Positions 57,293 through 64,000 of a stretch of DNA of 64,000 nucleotides are shown here, piece after piece. The translations under genes were made by a program, and so were the position numbers. Under the pieces are notes generated by a model. That model was not told where the DNA came from and ran no database searches. It was given only the letters and a program-made list of their open reading frames with translations. The DNA comes from a bacterium. GTDB lineage: Bacteria; Actinomycetota; Acidimicrobiia; Spongiisociales; Spongiisociaceae. The stretch is from positions 6,755 to 70,754 of the forward strand of contig JAPPHZ010000021.1 in assembly GCA_028820935.1 (NCBI GenBank), in the 5' to 3' direction. Numbering within the stretch: the first letter of the stretch is position 1; the number at the start of each line of letters is the position of its first letter.

Positions 57293-58402
57293 TCAACCCG
57301 AGTGAAGCGAGTAGCTGGTGCTACGACCCCGTGCGGAGCTTCGGACGAGGATTCCGCGGTCTGCCAGGGCTGTTATGTCGCGCAGGGCGGTGTCCTGGGA
57401 GCATTTGGCTAGCTTCGCCCACTTCGAGGTGGTCAGCTTGCCCTCGAAACCGTCCAGGAGTCGGCCGAGAACCCTCCGCTGGCGCGCATTGAGCGGGACG
57501 CCTTCGACCTGCTGCCAGAAGCGGGCTTTGGTGAGCACGGATGCGAGGGTGGTCTCGGCTCCGTCGATGGCTCGGCCGAGGCACGCCAGGAACCACTCCA
57601 TCCACTCCGTGATGTCCGGTGTTCCCTGCTGGGTTCGCTCGAGGATCCGGTAGTAGCTGCGGCGTTCCACCCGGATCTGCGATGACATGCTGTAGAAGCG
57701 TTGTGAGCTGTCCTCCGAGCGGGCGAGGGCCATGTCAGCAATCGCCCGGGCGATGCGTCCGTTGCCGTCGTCGAAGGGATGGATGGTCACGAACCACAGG
57801 TGCGCCATCGCCGCCCTGAGGATCTCGTCAGCATCCGAAGGCTCGTTGAACCATCTGAGGAAAGCGTCCATCTCGCTGTCGATCCGCTCCGCCGGGGGTG
57901 CTTCGAAGTGCACTCGCTCCTTGCCGATGGGCCCCGAGATCACCTGCATCGGTCCGGTACGGTCGTCACGCCAGCCGCCCACGATGATCGGTCGCATCCG
58001 GCTGCGCCCGGTCGGGAGGAGAGCGGCCTGCCAGCCCCACAGCCGGTCCACTGTCAGGGGCCGGTCGTAGTTGCCGGTCGCGTCCAGCATCATCTCCACT
58101 ACACCCTCGACCTCGTCTTCCGCATGGCGGAGGCCGCCGATGTCCATGCCGAGGCGACGGCCGACAGCCGAGCGGACCTGTTCCAGGTCGAGCCGCTCAC
58201 CCTCGATGTCGCTGGACTTGTGAACGTCCTGGGTCAGGGTCTCGAGTGTCGCCTCCTGCCGGAGGTCGTGTCCCAACGACTGCATCCGGCCCACCAAGCG
58301 TCCCTGTCTGTAGCGGACAGAAGCCAGGTTGTCCGCCAACGTGTCCGCCCGCCAGCGGAGTCGGGGCCATCCCGGATACTCATGAATACATGATCGCCGC
58401 AT
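57293..58402 (-). CDS. Fic-family AMPylase with an N-terminal DUF4172-like region, an internal inhibitory helix and a C-terminal wHTH
   Basis: The Fic motif is HPFDDGNGRIARA. The inhibitory motif is SSDIEG, i.e. (S/T)xxxE(G/N). An ATG start at 58400-02 (MRRSCIHEYPGWPRLRW) is preferred over the TTG at 58423. Confidence 0.85.
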   Translation of the reverse strand: MRRSCIHEYPGWPRLRWRADTLADNLASVRYRQGRLVGRMQSLGHDLRQEATLETLTQDVHKSSDIEGERLDLEQVRSAVGRRLGMDIGGLRHAEDEVEGVVEMMLDATGNYDRPLTVDRLWGWQAALLPTGRSRMRPIIVGGWRDDRTGPMQVISGPIGKERVHFEAPPAERIDSEMDAFLRWFNEPSDADEILRAAMAHLWFVTIHPFDDGNGRIARAIADMALARSEDSSQRFYSMSSQIRVERRSYYRILERTQQGTPDITEWMEWFLACLGRAIDGAETTLASVLTKARFWQQVEGVPLNARQRRVLGRLLDGFEGKLTTSKWAKLAKCSQDTALRDITALADRGILVRSSARGRSTSYSLHSG

Positions 58403-58407
58403 AATGT

Positions 58408-58434
58408 GCGGTGAATGTAGCAAGTAATCACCGC
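58408..58434. promoter_or_regulatory. 7-bp inverted repeat GCGGTGA-13 nt-TCACCGC immediately upstream of the fic ATG
   Basis: Read directly from the sequence. It lies in an AT-richer patch and is a candidate operator or RBS-masking hairpin. Confidence 0.3.
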
Positions 58435-58475
58435 AAATCAGGATCCCGAACTGTCCATCAGGGTATATGAAGCCC

Positions 58476-59717
58476 TTACCAGAGGCCCAGCAGGCGGCTG
58501 TGCCATTCGGCTATGTCGGGTGTCAGGCCGGAGTGTGCTCGAACCGTGGTTCCGAGCGCGGCGAGGGCCTCGGCGGTATCCGCTGCCGATGCCGCCAGCT
58601 CGGCGGGGTTGTGCGGTCCTCCAGGGTCGAGCGCGTTGACGATCTCGAATGTGTACAGGTTCACCATGGTCGGGGTGTGCGAGACGCAGGTCACCCTCCA
58701 GCGGCCGGTGGACGGGTCCTCCCTCACGGTCAGCCGGAGGATCATGCCGTCCTGGGTCCCGGGCTTGCCTCCCTCCCGCCGGGGGGACTGCCAGGAGATG
58801 AAGTTGCCCAGGCCGTAGGCGAGGTACTCGGCTCCGATCCGGTCCACGGGCTGCACCACATGGGCGTGGTGGCCGATGATCAGATCGATGACGGGGGTGG
58901 CGAGAAGGCGGGGCCCGAGATCGGTCTGGTATCGGTCGGGCATCCGCCTGAACTCGGTTCCCCAGTGCAAGGACAGGATGATGAAGTCGGCTCCGGCGGC
59001 CCGCGCCCGTCCGGCCTCCCGCAGGATGGCCACCTCGTCGATGATGTTGGCCAGGTGGGCGTTCTCGGGACGGAGCATTCCGGTGTTCAGCCCGTAGGTG
59101 TAGGAGAGGTGGGCCACGGTCGCCCCGTTCACCTCCAGCAGGTTGAGCGCGGCGCGCTGCTCGGGGGTGCGGGCCATGCCGGTGTGGGCGACTCCGACGC
59201 GGTCGAGGGCATCGATGGTGCCGGCCACCCCTCTCATGCCGGTGTCGAGGGAGTGGTTGGAGGCCAGCGAGCACGTGTCGTATCCCGCGTAGGCGATGGC
59301 ATCGGCCAGGTGGTTGGGCACGCTGAACAGGGGGAAGGTGGACAGGTTCCGGTTGTCGGGCGACATGGGCGTCTCGACATGGCACACGGCCAGGTCGGCC
59401 GCCCGCAGGATCGGAGCTACCTGTTGGAACATCGGCGTGAAGTCCCACCCGTCGGCGGTGCGCGCCCGTCGGACTATTGGGCTGTGGATGAGCAGGTCCC
59501 CGGTGGCGGCGATCGTGAACGAGCGGGGACTGTCGCCGGCCGGAGCTGAGACGGCGGTCGAAGTTACCTCCACCGCCTCGGGCTGTAGCGGGGAAGTCGC
59601 TCCCGCACCCGGCCCGGTGACCATGGCAGCCAGGGCAAGCATCCCCACCAGAGCCGCGCCGGCCCGGCGTCCGTCCCAGGCGGGGAAGTTCTCCCGGTCC
59701 CTTGTGCGATTCGGCAT
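58476..59717 (-). CDS. CapA-family (poly-gamma-glutamate capsule synthesis-type) metallophosphatase, secreted
   Basis: It has a signal peptide followed by ATGDLLIH...LASNHSLD...SLHWGTEF...IIGHHAHV, typical of PGA_cap/CapA. Confidence 0.8.
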   Translation of the reverse strand: MPNRTRDRENFPAWDGRRAGAALVGMLALAAMVTGPGAGATSPLQPEAVEVTSTAVSAPAGDSPRSFTIAATGDLLIHSPIVRRARTADGWDFTPMFQQVAPILRAADLAVCHVETPMSPDNRNLSTFPLFSVPNHLADAIAYAGYDTCSLASNHSLDTGMRGVAGTIDALDRVGVAHTGMARTPEQRAALNLLEVNGATVAHLSYTYGLNTGMLRPENAHLANIIDEVAILREAGRARAAGADFIILSLHWGTEFRRMPDRYQTDLGPRLLATPVIDLIIGHHAHVVQPVDRIGAEYLAYGLGNFISWQSPRREGGKPGTQDGMILRLTVREDPSTGRWRVTCVSHTPTMVNLYTFEIVNALDPGGPHNPAELAASAADTAEALAALGTTVRAHSGLTPDIAEWHSRLLGLW

Positions 59718-60036
59718 CCTTGTGGAGGGTTGGTTGTAGGGGCTGTTGATGGTATGCGATCAGGCTGCGGCCCGTCGGTGGTGGTCGCGTGACCCGCCGT
59801 GCCGGATTGTCCCGGTAGCGGGGTAGCCGCCACAGGACGAGCGCTATGGCACGTGTTCGGATGCTTCCGCTTTTCAGGGCGGCGTTCATGGCCGGCGGGA
59901 GGGCATGGGCTAGCTCGGGGGGAGTCGAACGGTGACGGGGTCATCTTGTCCAAACCGATCACTTGCCACCGTGGTAGTGCCTCCGCGGGCCAGGATATGG
60001 GAGCGAAACTCCGAGCGATAGCTACCCTCGCCTGCT

Positions 60037-61953
60037 ATGGAACCTTCCGATCTCGCCCTCATCACCTCGGTGTCCGACCCGCAGATCCACCCGGACGGCC
60101 ACCGGATCGCCTTCGTCGTGACCACCATCGACCTGGAGAAGGACCTGTACAGGTCGGCAATATGGCTCTGGGACGGTGAGGCGCGCCAGTTCACCGGCGG
60201 GTCCAATGACTCGTCTCCGCGATGGTCGCCCGACGGCGGGACCCTCGCCTTCGTGAGGAAGGGCAAGGAAGAGAAGGACCCCACCCAGCTGGCGGTCATG
60301 CCCTCCGACGGCGGGGAAGCACGCGTGATCACCGACTTCGAACTGGGCGCCGGCGCGCCGGCATGGTCGCCCGACAGCAGCTCGATACTCGTTACGGGCA
60401 CCCAGTGGCACGGGGAGTGGGCCGGCCTCGAGGAGGACGAACGGTCACGGAGACCCCGGCGGGTCACCGGGTTTGACGTCCGGCTGGACAATAGGGGCTG
60501 GTTCCACGACCGCCGGACCTACGCGTACCTGGTCGATCCTGGCGGCGAGAGTCCTCCGCGCCGGGTCGGCTGCTCCGACGAGCACGAGTCGGGGCCGGCC
60601 TGGTCCCCGGACGGCGCCAAGGTGGCCATGGTGACCAGACGCGACAACCCGCGGTCTCTCGAGAGCGGTTCCGAGGTGGTCGAGGTGGAGGTGGACGGGG
60701 GCGGAGAGACGCTGCGGGCCCGGCGGTCGGGTTTCGACTCTGTCGACTACGACCCGTCGGGCAACCTGTACGGCATCGGCGACCCGGTGCCGGACTACCC
60801 GTATGTCTTCTCCCTGTGGAGGCTCGACGAACCCGCTACCGACATCACCGGGCACCTGGACCGGAGTCTCAACGACCTGCTCACCTCCGGCGCCCTGGAG
60901 AGACCGATCTGGCTGGAGGACGGTTTCCTGGCCTCCATAGCGGACCGCGGCCGGGCTTCCGTGGTCGCCTTCGGCCCCGGCGGCGGCGTGCGGACGGTGC
61001 TGGGCGGCGACCGCTACATCACGGGCCTCTCGAGGGCCGCATCCGGAAGGATGGTCTTCACAGCTACCGATCCCACCTGCCCGGGCGAGCTCTACGAGCT
61101 GACCCCCGGCGGGGAGGAACGGCGCCTGACCGACTTCAACCGGGAGATGCGTGACTCCGGCGGACTGGTCGGTCCGGACAGCTTCGAGGTCGAGAGCGCC
61201 CCGGGCGTCGACGTGGACGCCTGGCTCTACGCGCCCGAGGGCGACGGCCCGTTCCCCGTGTTGCTCAACATCCATGGAGGCCCGGCCTCGGAGTACGGGT
61301 TCTACTTCTTCGACGAGTTCCAGGTCTACGTCTCGGCCGGCTACGCCGTGGTGGCATGCAACCCGCGCGGTTCGGAGGGCCGCGGCCACGAGTGGCTCCG
61401 GGCGGTCACCGGTGACGGCTGGGGCAGGGTGGATGTGGAGGACATCACCGCGGTGGTCGACGAGGCCCTGCGCCGTGACACGCGCCTCGACCCGTCCCGT
61501 ATCGGGATCATGGGGGGGTCCTACGGAGGCTTCCTCACGGCGTGGACCATCGCCCGCGACCGGCGGTACCGCTCGGCGGTGGTCGAGCGGGCCCTGATCG
61601 ACTGGGAGTCGTTCGGCGGTACGTCCGACATCAACCGTGACTTCGCGGGCCTGTACCTGCACCCCGCCACCGCCGCGGATCATCAGGCGCTGTGGGGGGC
61701 CAGCCCGCTCGCCACCGCCGGCGACATCACCACCCCGACGCTCATCATCCATTCGGAGGACGACCTCCGTTGCCCGATCGGCCAGGCCGAGCAGCTGTTC
61801 ACCGCCCTTCTCCGCAAGGGGATCGACGTAGAGATGATCCGCTTCCCCGACGAGGGACACGAACTGAGCCGCAGCGGGGCGCCCCGCCACCGGGTGGAGC
61901 GTTTCGAGCACATCCTCGCCTGGCACGGCCGGTACCTCGGCCCCGAGTCCTAG
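60037..61953 (+). CDS. S9-family serine peptidase (acylaminoacyl-peptidase / prolyl oligopeptidase type)
   Basis: It has N-terminal beta-propeller repeats (SPRWSPDG, PAWSPDS, PAWSPDG). The C-terminal alpha/beta hydrolase carries GGSYGG and a D...H triad. Confidence 0.9.
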   Translation: MEPSDLALITSVSDPQIHPDGHRIAFVVTTIDLEKDLYRSAIWLWDGEARQFTGGSNDSSPRWSPDGGTLAFVRKGKEEKDPTQLAVMPSDGGEARVITDFELGAGAPAWSPDSSSILVTGTQWHGEWAGLEEDERSRRPRRVTGFDVRLDNRGWFHDRRTYAYLVDPGGESPPRRVGCSDEHESGPAWSPDGAKVAMVTRRDNPRSLESGSEVVEVEVDGGGETLRARRSGFDSVDYDPSGNLYGIGDPVPDYPYVFSLWRLDEPATDITGHLDRSLNDLLTSGALERPIWLEDGFLASIADRGRASVVAFGPGGGVRTVLGGDRYITGLSRAASGRMVFTATDPTCPGELYELTPGGEERRLTDFNREMRDSGGLVGPDSFEVESAPGVDVDAWLYAPEGDGPFPVLLNIHGGPASEYGFYFFDEFQVYVSAGYAVVACNPRGSEGRGHEWLRAVTGDGWGRVDVEDITAVVDEALRRDTRLDPSRIGIMGGSYGGFLTAWTIARDRRYRSAVVERALIDWESFGGTSDINRDFAGLYLHPATAADHQALWGASPLATAGDITTPTLIIHSEDDLRCPIGQAEQLFTALLRKGIDVEMIRFPDEGHELSRSGAPRHRVERFEHILAWHGRYLGPES

Positions 61954-62088
61954 CTAGAGAAGGGCCGCCGAAAGCCGGCCGGAACGGATTCTGAGGTCGG
62001 TAGTTGATCACGGTGATGGGCACAATGTACAAGAGTGATAAAGTGAATCCGCGTTCTGAAACCATGTTTGCCACTAAGCAAACTAGAT

Positions 62089-62129
62089 TACATATCTAAT
62101 AATGGATTAAGGCTTCTATAAGATATGTA
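62089..62129. promoter_or_regulatory. 9-bp perfect inverted repeat TACATATCT-23 nt-AGATATGTA inside a strongly AT-rich intergenic patch
   Basis: Read directly from the sequence. It lies ~50 nt upstream of the 62178 gene. Confidence 0.35.
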
Positions 62130-62177
62130 GCGCTTCATGGCAGCTTCTTCTAGAATCGAGAGGGGAGGAGCGGGTGA

Positions 62178-62552
62178 TTGGACTCACAACTCGTTGACTT
62201 GGGAGGGCTCGTCGCCGTGGTGGGCTTCCTCTGGGGGGTGATAGCTTGGTCGACGAAGGGCCTGAACCGGCGCCTTGACCACCAGGATGAGGTCTTGGCC
62301 GGGATGGATGCCCGCCTGACCCGGGTTGAGAACGGTCAGGTCGACTTGAAGACCGGTCAGGCGAGGTTGGAGGGGGAGGTGGCCGGGTTGAAGCAAGGTC
62401 TCCGTCAGACCAATTCCCGTCTGGACGGCATGGACTCCCGTTTGGACGGCATGGGTGGCACCATCATCCGGGTAGTGGCCGATCTCGGTGAGGTCAAGGG
62501 TGAGTTGAAGAGGATTGTCGCCAGGGAGAAGGTTACGGCAGGCGGTTCGTAG
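62178..62552 (+). CDS. Small N-terminally anchored coiled-coil protein
   Basis: A TTG start lies 7 nt after GGAGGAG. It has one TM span (LGGLVAVVGFLWGVIAW), then heptad-like repeats (MDARLTRVE..., SRLDGMDSRLDGM). Confidence 0.5.
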   Translation: MDSQLVDLGGLVAVVGFLWGVIAWSTKGLNRRLDHQDEVLAGMDARLTRVENGQVDLKTGQARLEGEVAGLKQGLRQTNSRLDGMDSRLDGMGGTIIRVVADLGEVKGELKRIVAREKVTAGGS

Positions 62553-62563
62553 CCGGTCGCCGG

Positions 62564-64000
62564 TCAGCCGGCGCCGGAGACCGGCGATGGTTCGGGTCGG
62601 CCTGGCTCCGGGCCATTCGCGGGGAGGCGAACGGTCACGGTGGTTCCCCGTCCGGGTCCGTCGCTCGTCACGCTGACCGTGCCTCCGTGGGCCAGGACAA
62701 TGGCCCTGGTGATGGCCAATCCCAGACCCGTGCCTCCTATCCCACGACTCCGCGAACCATCGGTCCGGTAGAAGCGGTCGAAGACGTGGGGCAGGTCTGC
62801 GGCGTCGATCCCGATCCCGTTATCGGCAATTACAATGTCCAGCCAACCGTTACTCTCGGTTCCTGCTTCGATTGCAACCCTGCCACCGGCCTCGGTGCAC
62901 CGGGCGGCGTTGCTCAAGACGTTCCCCAGCGCCTGGCTCATGCGAACCCGGTCCATGTCGACCAGCGGGAGGTCGGGAGACGCCCGCAGCGACAACTCGA
63001 CCTGCCGGGCCTGGAACCGCGGCCGCCAACGATCCACCTCAGCGCCCAGAAACTCGCGGACCGAGCATGGATGGAAGGTCACCCGCAGCTCTCCATGGTC
63101 GGTCTCGGCGAGCCAGTCCAGATCGGTGACCAGGCCGCGTAGCCGGTCCACCTCCCCGATGATGTGGTCGGAGGCGTCCTCCGGCGTCTGGAGGCCGTCC
63201 CGGAGACCCTGCGCCTCCAGCTGGATGACGCTGAGCGGGGTGTTGAGTTCGTGGGAGACATCGCTTATCAGGCGCCGGCGGAGCTTGCGCTGGGATTCAA
63301 GGGCCGAGGTCATCCGGTTGAAGGCGGCGCTCATCCTTCCCAGCTCGTCCGACGAGGTGACGGGAAGCCTGGTCGTGTCACCCTGGGCGATCGCCTGGGT
63401 CGCCTCCGTCAGCGCCGTCACCGGCGCCGTGATCCGCTTCGACAGCCAGGCGGCCAGCAGGATGCCGACGGCGGCGGTCAGCGCGCCGCCCGCCAGGATT
63501 ATGTAGAGGACCGTGCTGAGAAACCCGTGGGACTCGGTCGACAGGAAGTCATGGCCGACGTCCACGTACACCCGGCCCACGGGTAGGCCTCTTTGTGGAT
63601 CGACCACCGTCTCGCTCCGTCCTGCGAGATCGGGCGCAACGGTTCCGGGCGCCAACTCGGACAAAGTGTCCCTGACCACCCGTCCATCGGCGTCCGTGAC
63701 GACCACCCTTACCGGGTCCTGGTGGAAGAGCTCTTCGGATTCGTGTTCACCTTGCTCGGACCCCTCGGTCCGCCGGGTTCCATCGACGATGTATCCGGCC
63801 TCCGACAGCGGCCGCTCGACCGTCTCCCAACCACCGGTGGCGGCGTACTCCCGGCCCAGGTTGCGGGCCAGCCGGCTCGCCTCGTCCCTGCCTATCCGGT
63901 CCACGAAGACATCGAGGCGGGCCTGGGTGGTGTAGTAGGCGATGCCGACGCCGACCACGATGGTCAGCACTATGACCAGGACGATCGAGCCCATGATTCG
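62564..64000 (-). CDS. Sensor histidine kinase (TM-HAMP-HisKA-HATPase). The 5' end probably lies beyond the right edge.
   Basis: The H-box is SHELNTPLS. The N, G1 and G2 boxes are present (NAARCT, DNGIGI, GTGLGLA). The frame stays open to nt 64000. Confidence 0.85.
   Translation of the reverse strand, partial: RIMGSIVLVIVLTIVVGVGIAYYTTQARLDVFVDRIGRDEASRLARNLGREYAATGGWETVERPLSEAGYIVDGTRRTEGSEQGEHESEELFHQDPVRVVVTDADGRVVRDTLSELAPGTVAPDLAGRSETVVDPQRGLPVGRVYVDVGHDFLSTESHGFLSTVLYIILAGGALTAAVGILLAAWLSKRITAPVTALTEATQAIAQGDTTRLPVTSSDELGRMSAAFNRMTSALESQRKLRRRLISDVSHELNTPLSVIQLEAQGLRDGLQTPEDASDHIIGEVDRLRGLVTDLDWLAETDHGELRVTFHPCSVREFLGAEVDRWRPRFQARQVELSLRASPDLPLVDMDRVRMSQALGNVLSNAARCTEAGGRVAIEAGTESNGWLDIVIADNGIGIDAADLPHVFDRFYRTDGSRSRGIGGTGLGLAITRAIVLAHGGTVSVTSDGPGRGTTVTVRLPANGPEPGRPEPSPVSGAG

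Noticed and set aside
59906-59932. tRNA 3'-end-like fragment on the minus strand (TTCGACTCCCCCCGAGCTAGCCC), a possible att-site remnant near the Fic/CapA genes
   Set aside because: The 5' half of the T-stem does not pair (TCACC versus CCCCC). It ends in CCC, not CCA. No full tRNA or second copy is visible in the window. It is a chance match until a genome-wide search says otherwise.

Overview
This is a high-GC (roughly two-thirds G+C by eye), gene-dense chromosomal window of Actinobacteria style. Supporting features are the M16 peptidase-dapB-dapA-rnj-ftsK core block, an MMPL transporter, KatG, a mycothiol-type DinB protein and SLH-anchored surface proteins. An Acidimicrobiia-like origin is only my guess. 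About 55 protein-coding genes can be supported. They include the Lhr helicase, a LOG/Ppx pair, a CobS-like AAA+ ATPase with a vWA partner, and a 2-oxoacid dehydrogenase E1/E2 set with a free lipoyl carrier. There is also an arylsulfatase/Rieske oxygenase pair, a ketose-utilisation cluster (3-epimerase, DhaKL, isomerase, class I aldolase), and stress or conflict-type singletons (Fic, NYN-LOTUS, PaREP1/HEPN-like). I recognised no rRNA, tRNA, CRISPR array, transposase or integrase. Most long ORFs in the six-frame track are GC-driven antisense or off-frame artefacts, and several real genes start well inside the listed ORF. Seven observations deserve a second look. (1) Two genes are split by a single in-frame TGA exactly at a redox-active Cys, each followed by a hairpin. 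One is an AhpD/CMD-family gene next to katG (CxxU). The other is an SLH-anchored TlpA-type thioredoxin-fold protein (UxxC). Both are candidate selenoproteins. (2) An ~88-bp duplicate of the lhr 3' end flanks a 1.3-kb lower-GC insert carrying two membrane-protein genes. (3) A TIR-bearing MITE-like element is present in three copies, and two of them exactly bracket the AAA+/vWA gene pair. (4) A second ~210-235-bp noncoding repeat family is present in three copies, and one copy splits a thiolase/DUF35 pair. (5) Strict 7-bp tandem arrays start at the TAG stop codons of three genes. (6) A 35-bp array of palindrome-centred units lies in a 680-bp noncoding gap. (7) There are small unlisted ORFs of RHH/antitoxin type. 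None of these can be confirmed without database searches or the rest of the genome.
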